Shown here piece by piece: positions 1 through 10,780 of a stretch of DNA of 64,000 nucleotides. The first letter of the stretch is position 1; every line of letters starts with the position of its first letter. This stretch comes from Longimicrobiales bacterium (GTDB taxonomy: Bacteria > Gemmatimonadota > Gemmatimonadetes > Longimicrobiales > Gaopeijiaceae), in assembly GCA_965218295.1 (NCBI GenBank), contig CBDCKN010000003.1, forward strand, positions 514,391 through 578,390, in the 5' to 3' direction. A model generated the notes under the pieces. That model was not told the origin of the DNA. It saw nothing but the letters and a program-made list of their open reading frames with translations, and ran no database searches. The position numbers were made by a program, and so were the translations under genes.

Positions 1-232
1 CAAGAACGACGGTATGCTCATCGAGTTTCCGCTGCTCTCCGATCCCGACCACCGCATCATCGACCGCTACGGGCTGTTCAACCCCGACGACGCGAAGATG
101 AGACCGATGCCCCACCCCACGACGCTCGTCATCGACAAACAGGGTGTCGTACGCTGGAAGTTCGTTGAGATGGACCCAAGAATCCGCCCAACCAACGAGG
201 ACGTCCTCGCTGCACTGGCGGCTCTGGACTGA
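1..232 (+). CDS. Peroxiredoxin/AhpC-TSA-like redoxin, C-terminal part (5' truncated by window)
   Basis: FPLLSDPD..IIDRYG and PTTLVIDKQGVVRW motifs typical of AhpC/TSA C-termini. Confidence 0.65.
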   Translation, partial: KNDGMLIEFPLLSDPDHRIIDRYGLFNPDDAKMRPMPHPTTLVIDKQGVVRWKFVEMDPRIRPTNEDVLAALAALD

Positions 233-301
233 TCGCAGCCACGGGAGCGGGGGCCCGGGAGGCCGATCCTGTCGACGACGGCCCAACCGGGAGGAGTCTG
301 C

Positions 302-2192
302 ATGAAGCCCGCGATTGCGTTGATCGGCTGTGCCCTGGTCGGGGCCCTACCTGTTTCGTCGCAGACCCCACAGTTCGTTGCCGATGGTGTGGCGGTACTT
401 CCCGTGCGCACCCGCGCCGACATCCCGCCTCAAAACGCCGGTTGGGTGGAGCTGGAGGACTACCTGCTCGTGATCGACGGCGGGCCCGGTGACGGCGGAT
501 CCGAGGTGCTCGAGGTCGCCCGCCGCTCGACCGGGAAGCCCGTCCGTTTCGCGCTACGCACGTTAGGCGGCCCGGACGACGTGTGGGGTGCAGAGCCGGA
601 GGGCCTGACCTGGCTTTCGGCCGTCACGGCCGATGTCGTGGGATGCGGCTCGATCGACGGACGTTGCCGGCCCCGCGGGGGCGTCTGCCGTGCCGTCCGG
701 TCCCGTGCTACGGGTCCCGTCGGGAGCCACATTGGAGGACTCCGGGCGTCGCGTGGAACTCCACCACGTCGACGATCGGGCGGGCAGCGCCCTTGCCGTC
801 TACGTGGCCGATACCGGCGTCCTCTTCGCCGGTGACCTGATCGGTCGAGGCCGGGGCTCCACGCCCCTGCCCATCGATGCTTGGATCCGATCCCTCAAGC
901 GCCTCGAGCGCGTGGACCCCGGGGTTGTCGTCCCCGGAAGGGGTCGGGCGGAGGGCCCCGAGGTGCTCGAGGCGACTCGCACCGCTCTGGAGAGCCTCAA
1001 GGGACGCGTTTCCGAGGCGATAGCCACCGGCAGCAGCCGGGAGCAGGTATTGGAGGCCGTGGGGCCGGACGACTTCGAGGTCCTCCCGGAGAGCACCGTA
1101 GGTGAGGTATTCGACGAGGTGGCCGGCCTCCGTCCGGCCACCGCCTTCGTGGAGGAGCTGGGACTTCGGGAGGGGCCCTCCCCGACAGCCGCCACCCCAG
1201 GGTGGACTCGCCCCACCAAGGTCGTGGTGGCCGACTTCTGGCCGGGACGCACGACGCAGCTCGCCCTGGTCGCGCCCCGAGTCGAAGTCATCGTGGCGGC
1301 CAACCCACGCGAGGCCGCCGAAGCCGGACAGGACGCCGACGCCATCCTGGGATGGCTCACGCCCCGGATCTTCAGCGAAGCGCGGAACCTCCGATGGGTC
1401 CAGCTCAATGCCGCCGGCGTGGAGGGCTACGTGGCCATCCCAGGCTTCGCCGAGAGCGACATCGTCCTGTCCAACGCCCAGCGGATCTTCGGCCCCGGGG
1501 GCGCCGAGCACGTCCTGGGCATGGTGCTGACGCTGAGCCGCCGCCTCCACACCGCCCTGGAATTGCAGCGGGAGCGCCGGTGGGACATCACACCCCTCAC
1601 CGGCCCCACGCCCTACACGGGAGCGGGTAGTGAGCTGCTCGAGCTCCGGGGCCGGACGCTGTTGGTGGTGGGGTTGGGCGGCATCGGGACCGAGGTGGCC
1701 CGTGTGGCGAGCGGAATCGGCATGCGGGTCATCGCCACGCGCGGGAGCAGCCGAAGCGGACCGCCGTTCGTGGACTACGTGGGCCTCTCTTCCGAGCTCC
1801 TGACGCTGGCGCCAAAGGCCGACGTCATCGTGAACAGCGTCCCCCTCACCGCCGCCACCGAGAAGATGTTCGACGACGGCTTCTTCGAGGTGACGAAGCC
1901 CACGGCGTTCTTCGTCAACATCGGACGCGGCCGTACGGTGGACACCGACGCCCTCATACGAGCCCTTCGTGAGGGACGGATCGCGGGAGCGGGTCTGGAT
2001 GTCACCGAGCCCGAGCCGCTCCCCGTCGACCACGAGCTCTGGGGCATGCCCAACGTTCTTATCACCCCACACCTCGGCGGGGACGGGGACGGTCACATGG
2101 AGCGCATGTGGCTCCTGTTCAGAGAAAACCTCCGCCGCTTCGTGAACGGAGAGCCATTGCTGTCGGTGGTGGACAAGCGCCGGGGGTATTGA
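302..2192 (+). CDS. Signal peptide + degenerate MBL-fold domain fused to D-2-hydroxyacid dehydrogenase (one frameshift near 635)
   Basis: ORFs 302..835 and 633..2192 join. NAGW..LVIDGG, VLFAGDL and VVVPG are MBL-like. GLGGIG, NIGRG, LDVTEPEPL and ITPHLGG are 2-hydroxyacid DH motifs. Confidence 0.8.
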
Positions 2193-2198
2193 GTCGGC

Positions 2199-3080
2199 TC
2201 AGACGCCGAACTTGCTGAAGTACCCGACCACCAGGGCGCCGCCGGCCGGCAGATTCCGGCCATCCAGCGGCACCCGCCAACCGAGCTCGAACGCTCCCAG
2301 TGCGGTCTCGTACCACAGGGATGGCGTTACCTGAAGGTAGTGGCGCTGGCTGTTGACGATGGGGATGCCCTCCTGGATGGGCGTGTCCCCGTTCCACCCC
2401 TCGGCGACCAGCTTGTATTGGAATCTCCCAACGGCCCCACCCACCTGCGCGAGGAAGAAGATCTCCTCTCCCGGATCGATGGCCGCCTTTTCATTGAGCT
2501 CCCGCTGCCGATAACCGACCCACCCGTTCACGTACACGGAGCGGGGCCAGAAAGAGTGCCCTATCTCGGCCATGATCTCCCAGTCCGTCTGACCTTCGCT
2601 GAGGGGGATGATCTCCGCGTCGATGGGGGCCTCGCCGACGGGAATCTTCACGCCACCGCGGATGGCGAACGGAAGGTCAACACCCAGGTACTTCAGCGGA
2701 GCCACCCTCAACCAGACGTTGGCGTCACCCAGCCCCTCCGTCGACCGGTCGCCACCGGTGTCGGAGAAGGACAGGGAGTTGAGGGAGCCCCGAGCCCACA
2801 GGTCCCAATTCGAGATCAGGCCCACCGATGCGGTGACGAACAAGGCCGTGGACGTGGCGTGGCCGTCGAAGGGGATGGCGTTCTTGTTGCCGTGCAGGTC
2901 ATAGCGGTCTCTGGTGTCGTGGTGGTACACCTCGGCGCTGATCCACCCCTTGCCCGGTGCCTCCACCCACTGGGCATCCACCGCGCCCGGCAGTAGCAGC
3001 ATCGGTCCAGCAACAACGGCAGTCCGCAAGACGAGGAGCGCGGCGCGATCGGATGTAGTGCGAAGCAGCTGGAAACCCAT
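2199..3080 (-). CDS. Putative outer-membrane beta-barrel/transporter-family protein
   Basis: Signal-like N-terminus (..VDA-QW), GLGD motif, alternating aromatic beta strands, C-terminal YFSKF. Confidence 0.55.
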   Translation of the reverse strand: MGFQLLRTTSDRAALLVLRTAVVAGPMLLLPGAVDAQWVEAPGKGWISAEVYHHDTRDRYDLHGNKNAIPFDGHATSTALFVTASVGLISNWDLWARGSLNSLSFSDTGGDRSTEGLGDANVWLRVAPLKYLGVDLPFAIRGGVKIPVGEAPIDAEIIPLSEGQTDWEIMAEIGHSFWPRSVYVNGWVGYRQRELNEKAAIDPGEEIFFLAQVGGAVGRFQYKLVAEGWNGDTPIQEGIPIVNSQRHYLQVTPSLWYETALGAFELGWRVPLDGRNLPAGGALVVGYFSKFGV

Positions 3081-3257
3081 TCATCTCCCCCCAGGAAGGA
3101 TCCACTCCGGACGGCCGCTCCGTAGAGGTCCGCGCCCGGCCACCTGTATGAATCATGGCGAATCGACAAAGGTTCCGGCAGCGGGGTCCTCATCGGCGAT
3201 CGCACGAGTGGGTCCGGGCGAGGAACCGCCAGGTATCCGGGGTGTCCGATGGGTTCC

Positions 3258-4979
3258 ATGAGCACGGTGGAAGCCCTCGTCGATCTGCTCGGAGAGATCG
3301 ACGGAAGAGGATACAAGGCCTACAAGGCCCTCCGCGGCATCTGGGCCTTTCCCGACTTCGTTCTGCACGTGGACCACGTGCAGGGGGACCCCTTCGCCGC
3401 GCCGAGCCGTGTACGGGCTCTCCTGCCCGCGGACACCACGGGGCTGGCATCGGTGGCTTGCGCTACCGCCTCCCGCCGCCTCGGCGTGGCCAGCCTGCTG
3501 GCCCGACGTTTTCATCGGGTGGCACTCGCTACCATGAAACCCCGGGGGATCGGCAAGAGCGGCGTCATCGAGATCGAGAGCCCGGGCCAGGAGGTCGTGG
3601 CCCACACGGCGTTGATCGTGGCCGAAGACGGCAGCCTGGAGGCGCGGTTCACGGTGGGCCTCCCCGCGTCCGGCCGCCGGGTGCTGGGCGGGGAGGCGGT
3701 GGCCCTCCTCGCGGAGGACGTCCCGGCCGTGGTGAATGCGAGCCTTCGCCAGGAGTCCGTGGGAGCCGACGAGGTGCTACGCCACGCCCTCACCAACGAG
3801 GACGCCGAGGCGCTGCGTGCCTCCCTCGAGGCTCATGGGTGGGTAGCGTTCGTGGCCGACGGATCGTCCCTGCCACGGCGGAGCGGCATCGACGACCGGC
3901 CACTCGCGGGGGATGCGGCTGTGCCCTTCACCGCTCCCGAAAGTCTCTCGGCCAGCGTCGAGCTACCCAACGCCGGCACGCTGACGGGCATGGCTCTACC
4001 CCGAGGCGTGAGCCTCGTCGTCGGAGGAGGCTATCACGGAAAGAGCACACTGCTCCGCGCCCTCGAGGGGGGAGTCTACAACCACCGCCCCGGCGATGGT
4101 CGCGAGTTCGTGGTATCCGATCCGGGAGCGGTGAAGATCCGAGCCGAGGACGGCCGCTCCGTGTCGGGGGTGGACATCTCTCCCTTCATCGACGGACTCC
4201 CGCAGGGCCAGGACACGCACGCGTTCTCCACGCCCAACGCATCCGGGTCCACCAGCCAGGCCACCTCGATCATGGAGGCCCTGGAGGCCGGCGCCACCAC
4301 GCTGCTCATCGATGAAGACACGGCTGCCACGAATTTCATGATCCGCGATCGCCGCATGCAGGCCCTCGTTCCCAAGTCGGGAGAGCCCATAACCCCCTTC
4401 ATCGACCGGGTGAGAGCGCTGTGGGAGGAGCGGGGCATCAGCTCCGTGATCGTTCTCGGCGGAAGTGGAGACTATCTGGATGTGGCTGACACGGTGGTGG
4501 CCATGAAGGAGTTCCGCCCCCGTGACGTGACCGAGGAGGCTCGCCGCGTCGCCGAGGAACTCCCCACCGGACGCCACCCTGAGAACCCGAGCCCCATGGG
4601 GCCGTTTCCGTGCCGTGCCCCGGTCCCGGGCTCCGTGGATCCCAGCAGAGGCCGGCGCGAGGTGGATCTCAAGGTCCGCGACCGGGAGACCCTCGTGTTC
4701 GGGAGGCAGGTCATCGATCTTTCGGCCGTATCGCAGCTGGTATCACGAGCGCAGACGAGGGCCGTGGGAGGGGCTCTGGTGCTGGCCCGGGAGAAATTCA
4801 TGGACGGGCAGCGGTCGGTGGGTGAGATTTCCGACCTGGTTTCGCGTATGATTGAGAATGAGGGTCTCGACGCTCTGGACGAGCGGCGGACCGGCGATCT
4901 GGCCGCATTCCGGCCTTTGGAGTTCGCCGCCACCCTCAACCGGCTGCGCACCCTGGAAGTGAACGTGCACACAGGCTGA
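3258..4979 (+). CDS. ABC-class ATPase-domain protein (ABC_ATPase family)
   Basis: HVQGDPFAAPS, Walker A GGGYHGKST, NASGSTSQA, Walker B LLIDEDTAATNFMIRD. Confidence 0.85.
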   Translation: MSTVEALVDLLGEIDGRGYKAYKALRGIWAFPDFVLHVDHVQGDPFAAPSRVRALLPADTTGLASVACATASRRLGVASLLARRFHRVALATMKPRGIGKSGVIEIESPGQEVVAHTALIVAEDGSLEARFTVGLPASGRRVLGGEAVALLAEDVPAVVNASLRQESVGADEVLRHALTNEDAEALRASLEAHGWVAFVADGSSLPRRSGIDDRPLAGDAAVPFTAPESLSASVELPNAGTLTGMALPRGVSLVVGGGYHGKSTLLRALEGGVYNHRPGDGREFVVSDPGAVKIRAEDGRSVSGVDISPFIDGLPQGQDTHAFSTPNASGSTSQATSIMEALEAGATTLLIDEDTAATNFMIRDRRMQALVPKSGEPITPFIDRVRALWEERGISSVIVLGGSGDYLDVADTVVAMKEFRPRDVTEEARRVAEELPTGRHPENPSPMGPFPCRAPVPGSVDPSRGRREVDLKVRDRETLVFGRQVIDLSAVSQLVSRAQTRAVGGALVLAREKFMDGQRSVGEISDLVSRMIENEGLDALDERRTGDLAAFRPLEFAATLNRLRTLEVNVHTG

Positions 4980-5064
4980 CGGAGTCGGCTCGCCCCCTCG
5001 GCTGGACCCGTCGCCTTCGTATTCTGGTGCCCCCACGGGGGCGCTCATCCGATAAGGAAGAGTC

Positions 5065-7830
5065 ATGTGTTCGCCTGTCCGCTGTTCCACCTACAGCCCC
5101 CTAGCCGCCCTGGCCATCCTCGCCCTGCTGGCGACCGCTCCGCTGTCGGCCCAGGAGGTCACTCGCGTCACCGAGGTCGAGGGGATCACAGAATACAGCC
5201 TCGACAATGGCCTGCGCTTCCTCCTTTTCCCCGACGCCAGCAAGCCGAGCGCCACCGTCAACGTCACGTATTACGTGGGCTCTCGACACGAGGGGTACGG
5301 CGAGACCGGGATGGCCCACCTCCTCGAGCACCTGGTGTTCCAGGGGACGCCCGACCATCCGGACATCACGGAGGAGCTCACGGAGCGGGGGGCCCGCCCG
5401 AACGGCACCACCTCCTGGGACCGCACCAACTACTACGAAACGTTTCCCGCCACGGAGGACAACCTGGAGTGGGCCCTGGACTTCGAAGCCGACCGCATGG
5501 TCAACTCCTTTATCGCCGCCGAGGATCTCGACTCGGAGATGACGGTGGTCCGGAACGAGATGGAATCGAGAGAGAACAGCCCCTTCGGCATCCTGCTGGA
5601 CCGGACGTTCTCTACCGCCTATCTGTGGCACAACTACGGGAAGTCGATCATCGGTGCGCGCTCCGATGTGGAGAGCGTGCCCATCGACCGGCTCCAGGCG
5701 TTCTACAGGAAGTACTACCAGCCCGACAACGCCTTGCTGATCGTGACGGGGAAATTCGATGAGGAGCGGGTCCTAGAGCTCATCGTCGATACGTTCGGGC
5801 AGATCCCCAAGCCGGATCGTTCCGGAGCCAACACGCTCTGGGAGACATATACCCGTGAGCCCGTGCAGGACGGAGAGCGCATGGTCACGCTCCGGCGCGT
5901 CGGAGACATCCAGGTGGTCATGATGTCGTACCATGTCCCTCCGGGCTCCCACCCCGATTATGCGGCCGTGGACCTCCTGGTGCAGGTGGTGGGAGACCAG
6001 CCGTCGGGCCGGCTGTACAAGGCTCTGGTGGAGCCTGGGCTCGCCGCGTCTGCGGGAGCCTTCTCCTACCAGCTTCGTGAGGCCGGGCCCCTGCTCACCT
6101 ACGCCCAGGTTCGTGCCGAGGACGATCTCCAGGCGACCTGGAACGCCATGGGCGAGGCCCTCGAGGGAGTGATTCGCGATCCGGTCACGGGCGAGGAGGT
6201 CGAGCGGGCCAGGGCCGCTTTGCTCAAGAGCGTGGAGCAGGTCTTCAACAACCCGGAGCGCATCGCGATTCAGCTCAGCGAATGGGCCTCCATGGGCGAC
6301 TGGCGGCTCTTCTTTCTGCACCGAGACAGGATCGAGACGGTGGAGCCCGCCGACGTACGGCGAGTGGCCGCCGAATACCTCAAGCCCGACAACCGAACCG
6401 TGGGGCTCTTCTACCCGACCGAGGAGCCGGATCGCGCCGAGATTCCCGAGCTCCCGGACATCGCGACGGAGCTGGAAGGATACACCGGTCGAGAGGCCGT
6501 GGCCGGCGGCGAGGAGTTCGATCCGTCGCCGGCGAACATCGAGGACCGGACCACCCGGTACACCCTGGCCAATGGGATGAAGGTCGCTTTTCTCCCCAAG
6601 TCGACCCGCGGCCAGACCGTGGTGGCCCGCTTCCGCGTGATCCTGGGTGACGAGGAGTCTCTGACCGGCCGCACCGCCGCCGGGAGTATGGCCGGTGCCA
6701 TGCTGATGCGGGGCTCCAGCGGACACACGCGTCAAGAGATCCAGGACGAGCTCGATCGGCTGAAGGCCTCCGGATCCGTCGGGGGAAGCGTGACCCAAGC
6801 CTCGGGTCAGATACAGACGACCCGCGAGAACCTGCCAGCGGTGCTGCGACTCCTGTCGGAGATCATCCGGGAGCCGACCTTCCCCACCGCCGAGTTCGAG
6901 ACGCTCAAGGAGCGGCGCCTGTCGGGCCTCGAACAGCAGCGCTCAGACCCCATCGCCCAGGCGCAGATCGCCCTCGGCAGACACATGAATCCGGTGCCCC
7001 CGGGCCACCCGAGCTACACGGAGACCGTGGAAGAAGCCGTCGCCGCCATGGAGGCCGTCACCCTTGATGACGCCGAAGCATTCTACAATGACTTCTACGG
7101 TCCTCAACTGGGAACGCTGGCGCTCGTCGGCGATTTCGACGAGGTCGAGATGCGAGCGGTCATCGAAGAGGCCTTCGGGAACTGGGAGAGCCCGCACACG
7201 GCCACGCGGGTGGCCACCGAGTTCTACGACCCACCAGCCGAGAACCTCCAGATCGAGACCCCGGACAAGGCGAACGCCATCTTCTTCGCTCAGCAGACCC
7301 TGGCCCTCCGGGACGACAACCCCGACTACGCGGCCCTGTTGCTGGGGGGCTACATGATCGGGGGCGGTGTGCTGAACTCGCGACTGGCGAAGCGCATCCG
7401 CCAAGAGGATGGGCTCAGCTACCAGTTGGGTGGCAGCATCAGCGGTCATCCCATCGACGAATCGGGCGCGTTCTTTGCGTTCGCCCTCTACGCACCGGAG
7501 AACGCGGAGAAGCTGGAGGCCGCGTTCCGCGAAGAGATCCAGAAGGTCCTCGACGAAGGGTTCCTCGCCGACGAGCTGGAGATCGCGAAGCAGGGATACC
7601 TACAGTCGCGCCAGCTGAGCCGAGCCCAGGACCCGTCCCTGGTGGGCGCCCTCACACAAGGCTTGTACCTCGACCGTACCCTCATGTGGGATGCCGAGCA
7701 GGAGGAGCGTATTCAGGCTCTCACGGTCGAGGAGATCAACTCGGCCGTGCGTCGATACCTGGACTTGAGTAAGATGACTATCGTGAAGGCGGGCGACTTC
7801 GAGGGCGCCAAAGCGAAGGTGATCCCCTAG
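5065..7830 (+). CDS. M16 family zinc metallopeptidase (pitrilysin/PqqL-like), exported
   Basis: Inverted Zn motif GMAHLLEHLVF, NGTTSWDRTNYY, two-lobed 921-aa architecture, signal peptide. Confidence 0.95.
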   Translation: MCSPVRCSTYSPLAALAILALLATAPLSAQEVTRVTEVEGITEYSLDNGLRFLLFPDASKPSATVNVTYYVGSRHEGYGETGMAHLLEHLVFQGTPDHPDITEELTERGARPNGTTSWDRTNYYETFPATEDNLEWALDFEADRMVNSFIAAEDLDSEMTVVRNEMESRENSPFGILLDRTFSTAYLWHNYGKSIIGARSDVESVPIDRLQAFYRKYYQPDNALLIVTGKFDEERVLELIVDTFGQIPKPDRSGANTLWETYTREPVQDGERMVTLRRVGDIQVVMMSYHVPPGSHPDYAAVDLLVQVVGDQPSGRLYKALVEPGLAASAGAFSYQLREAGPLLTYAQVRAEDDLQATWNAMGEALEGVIRDPVTGEEVERARAALLKSVEQVFNNPERIAIQLSEWASMGDWRLFFLHRDRIETVEPADVRRVAAEYLKPDNRTVGLFYPTEEPDRAEIPELPDIATELEGYTGREAVAGGEEFDPSPANIEDRTTRYTLANGMKVAFLPKSTRGQTVVARFRVILGDEESLTGRTAAGSMAGAMLMRGSSGHTRQEIQDELDRLKASGSVGGSVTQASGQIQTTRENLPAVLRLLSEIIREPTFPTAEFETLKERRLSGLEQQRSDPIAQAQIALGRHMNPVPPGHPSYTETVEEAVAAMEAVTLDDAEAFYNDFYGPQLGTLALVGDFDEVEMRAVIEEAFGNWESPHTATRVATEFYDPPAENLQIETPDKANAIFFAQQTLALRDDNPDYAALLLGGYMIGGGVLNSRLAKRIRQEDGLSYQLGGSISGHPIDESGAFFAFALYAPENAEKLEAAFREEIQKVLDEGFLADELEIAKQGYLQSRQLSRAQDPSLVGALTQGLYLDRTLMWDAEQEERIQALTVEEINSAVRRYLDLSKMTIVKAGDFEGAKAKVIP

Positions 7831-8045
7831 TTGGAGTTCTCTTCGTCGGAGTATCCACCCTCGGAGAGGAGCTCTCTTAGGCGGCCCTCGCGCTCCGGCA
7901 AGTGCGTCTTCGAGATAGCCGTGGCGAGGACGATGCGGTCTTCATCCGAGACCTTGTCCAACGTGCTGATTGGGGCGCCGTAGCGCAGGAGGATGCGCTT
8001 GGCATCAACGACTACTGAATCGGTAACGACTACTGAATCGGTCAC
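7827..8045 (-). CDS. Small hypothetical protein
   Basis: 72-aa ORF with GAGGAGG RBS upstream. Confidence 0.55.
   Translation of the reverse strand: MTDSVVVTDSVVVDAKRILLRYGAPISTLDKVSDEDRIVLATAISKTHLPEREGRLRELLSEGGYSDEENSN
8007..8042. repeat. Perfect 18-bp tandem duplication (AACGACTACTGAATCGGT x2)
   Basis: Read directly; encodes TDSVVV twice on the minus strand. Confidence 0.9.
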
Positions 8046-8134
8046 TTAACCTCCTCGGATCAGCCGTGGACCGTAGACGTGAAACCGGCTAAATGTAATT
8101 TCTTCTACCACTTGAGCCAACGGATGCCTCACGC

Positions 8135-9433
8135 GTGACCCCGCTGGTCCGATACTCGGGCGCCGTCCTCGTTCCAGTGGCCATCGGCGTATTGACCGGT
8201 CTCTGGGTGACTGCCTCGGCCTTCGAGCGACTGCAGAGGGAGGCCGATCTTCGCATAGCGGCCTCGGCCACGGACCTCATCCAGCAGGGGATGGGCGTAG
8301 CACGCGACGCCCTGCTGGAGGAGGCGGAGGCCGTCCAGCCGACTCGTCCATACGCACCGGCGGTCGAGGCGGCCCTGCGCGGCGACACGGTGCTGGCTCT
8401 CGGCAGCTCGGAAGAGAGCCTCCAGCTCACCGTGGCGTACGGCGAGGGGCCCCTGGTCCGGGTTGCGACGGGCCCGTTTCGGCCCACGGTGCTCGAGGTG
8501 CTTCCGAGCATCGCCGGGTACCGGCTTGCACTCTACCTGCGCGGCAGGCGCACGATGACGACGGTGCCGACGTTCAGCCCCGCAGTGCTGCACGCGGAGG
8601 TCCTCCTTGCGCTGGCCCGTCAAGCCGAGGGGATTGCTCTGGAGTTGGACGGGGTCGCAGGTGCTTTGCGGGCCTTCCAGACCATCCCGGGTCGTCCGTC
8701 GGACGTTGCAGTGCTGGCGGCAGCCGAGGACGACACGAGCATCGAGGCCGCTGGCATGACCGCTCCCGTCACGGTATTGATGGTGGTCCTGTTGTTGTCC
8801 GGCTTCGCCGCCTGGACCACCCACAACCCCCGTCGGCCGTCGGTTCCTATTGCGGGGCCGGTCGAGCAATCGACCCTCCAGTGGTCGCTGGTGGTGCTGG
8901 TGCCCGTGATCGCCGGTGTGGCCATCGTACTTTCCCTGGATCGGGACTACCGGCAGAGTGCCGCCGCGAGCATGCGGGACCAACTGAATCGGGCGATCAT
9001 TCTGGTCAAGCAGGTCGATCGGATCAGCTCCGTCTCAGCCGCGGGAGCCATTACCGGATTCGATGCGGCCCGGCTTCGGGCCGGTGGAGTCGAGGCGGCG
9101 ACACGGGACGATGTCGAGCTGATCAGCCAACTAGCGGAGCTACGTCCCCCTCCCCCGAGCTTCACGTCGTCCGGTGTCATGGACGTCGACGGCGACACCC
9201 GATTCTACTCGGCGGCACGGACCCCCGGCGGTGCCACTCTGGTCTTGATCGGACCCACGATGACCAGGCAGTTGCTCGATGTCCGCCGGAGCCTTGGCCT
9301 CGGGGGCCTGCTGATCCTCCTACCCCCGCTGCTGTTCCTCTGGCTGTCAGAGCATCCCGGCTCGGAGTCGGCTTCCGAAGGGCCTGACGACGAGCCTCCT
9401 ACCGGAGACCGAGCCTCGGGTGCAACCTACTAG
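8135..9433 (+). CDS. Hypothetical multi-pass membrane protein with two extracytoplasmic sensor-like regions
   Basis: 432-aa ORF with about four hydrophobic segments; no catalytic motif recognised. Confidence 0.55.
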   Translation: MTPLVRYSGAVLVPVAIGVLTGLWVTASAFERLQREADLRIAASATDLIQQGMGVARDALLEEAEAVQPTRPYAPAVEAALRGDTVLALGSSEESLQLTVAYGEGPLVRVATGPFRPTVLEVLPSIAGYRLALYLRGRRTMTTVPTFSPAVLHAEVLLALARQAEGIALELDGVAGALRAFQTIPGRPSDVAVLAAAEDDTSIEAAGMTAPVTVLMVVLLLSGFAAWTTHNPRRPSVPIAGPVEQSTLQWSLVVLVPVIAGVAIVLSLDRDYRQSAAASMRDQLNRAIILVKQVDRISSVSAAGAITGFDAARLRAGGVEAATRDDVELISQLAELRPPPPSFTSSGVMDVDGDTRFYSAARTPGGATLVLIGPTMTRQLLDVRRSLGLGGLLILLPPLLFLWLSEHPGSESASEGPDDEPPTGDRASGATY

Positions 9434-9495
9434 CCTCGACGATCGTCTCACTCGCTCAACTACCAGTGCACCAGCCACTACGACCAAAAGGGTTG

Positions 9496-9681
9496 CTACC
9501 CCTGCTGCTCCCGCCAGAGCCAAACGGCGAGTCCGCCGGGTCCGATGATAGCGAGCACGCTGGCCCACAGCGGCACCTCGAAACCGCCGGCTGTGACCGT
9601 CACCCGGAACAGCAATCGCAGCACGTGGAGGACCGCGATAGCCGAGAGAAAGAGCGTTGCGATCAGGGCCGCGGGTTTCAT
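9496..9681 (-). CDS. Small two-TM membrane protein
   Basis: 61 aa with two hydrophobic helices; AAGGAG RBS; follows the DinB gene. Confidence 0.6.
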   Translation of the reverse strand: MKPAALIATLFLSAIAVLHVLRLLFRVTVTAGGFEVPLWASVLAIIGPGGLAVWLWREQQG

Positions 9682-9718
9682 GGCGTGACTCCTTCCGTTT
9701 GCGCCTCAGCGCGGCGGC

Positions 9719-10225
9719 TCACTTCACTCCGAGGCTGGCGTAGAGCCGCTTGACCATCTGGATCTGGCCGGCGTGATAGGTGTCGTGCAGGACGATCCCC
9801 ATGAGTAGGTCGGCATAGGTGTATTCGCTCTGTCCGCCCGACAGCTCGTCCAGGCGCGACGGATGGAAGTCTCGCATCGCCTCGAGGAGCAGAGTGTGAT
9901 ACTCGCGCACGAAGGCCCGGTCCTCCTTCCAGGAGCTCGCCGTGATCTCCTCGGGCGGAGCCGGCCAGTTGGAGGGTGAGCGGGGGAATCCGCCGTGGGC
10001 TCCTCCCGTGATCCTGCGCCGAATCGCGTAGTTCCAGTAGGCGATATGTAAGGTCAGATCCCAGATGCTGTGCCGGTCGGGCGCCGGCCTCCACGCGGCC
10101 TCTTCCGGTTTCACTCCCCGGAGTGCCCCGAGCACGCTGGCGCCGCCATGCCACAGCTTCGTGCCCGCCGGTGGGTCGAAGAGCCCGATCGTCATCTCGA
10201 GCCTGCCGTCTTCCAGGTGCGCCAT
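9719..10225 (-). CDS. DinB family protein
   Basis: WHGG, HSIWDLTLHIAYW and HDTYHAGQI (His triad). Confidence 0.85.
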   Translation of the reverse strand: MAHLEDGRLEMTIGLFDPPAGTKLWHGGASVLGALRGVKPEEAAWRPAPDRHSIWDLTLHIAYWNYAIRRRITGGAHGGFPRSPSNWPAPPEEITASSWKEDRAFVREYHTLLLEAMRDFHPSRLDELSGGQSEYTYADLLMGIVLHDTYHAGQIQMVKRLYASLGVK

Positions 10226-10238
10226 CACACTATTCCGC

Positions 10239-10778
10239 CTACCCATACTTGGCCACGAGCGTGCGAACCGTCTTCATGTTCCGCATGGTGTTCGGCACGT
10301 TCCCTGTCGCCTTCGCCAGGCTCGCCCCGAACAAGGGCGAGTCGGTGAGCTTGCCCTTGATGAGCCAGTAGATCTCACGGCGGGAGATCTGGAAGTCGTC
10401 CATTGGAGTCCCGAGGTCGTCGAAGCGCTCACACGACTCGGCGTCGGGCGGAGCAGGCAAGAAGATCACATAGAGCGAGTCGTCCGGTCCCTCCTCGCCC
10501 CATGGCGCAAAGGGTTCGAACGCCGCGATCGCTGCGAGCTCCGATGGAGATCGAATGAAGGTTGCCACCTCGTAGCCGAGCTGCTGTTCGAGATGGCGCT
10601 CGATCTCGCGTTCCAGAGCGGCGGGGTCGGTGGACTGCCCAGTGAAGATCACGTTCCCGCTCGCGATGAACGTGGTGACATCCGAGAACCCGAGCTCTTC
10701 GAAGAGCTCGCGGAGTCGGTCCATCTTCACCCGATGGCCGCCCACGTTGATCCCTCGTAGGAAAGCGATATAGCGCAC
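10239..10778 (-). CDS. DUF1697 family protein
   Basis: YIAFLRGINVGG, TFIASGNVIF and TMRN..TV signature motifs. Confidence 0.9.
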   Translation of the reverse strand: MRYIAFLRGINVGGHRVKMDRLRELFEELGFSDVTTFIASGNVIFTGQSTDPAALEREIERHLEQQLGYEVATFIRSPSELAAIAAFEPFAPWGEEGPDDSLYVIFLPAPPDAESCERFDDLGTPMDDFQISRREIYWLIKGKLTDSPLFGASLAKATGNVPNTMRNMKTVRTLVAKYG

Positions 10779-10780
10779 CC

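Noticed and set aside
708..7449. Long antisense and alternate-frame ORFs (e.g. 708..2096, 3155..4315, 5773..6798)
   Set aside because: High-GC shadows of well-supported genes, with no recognisable motifs
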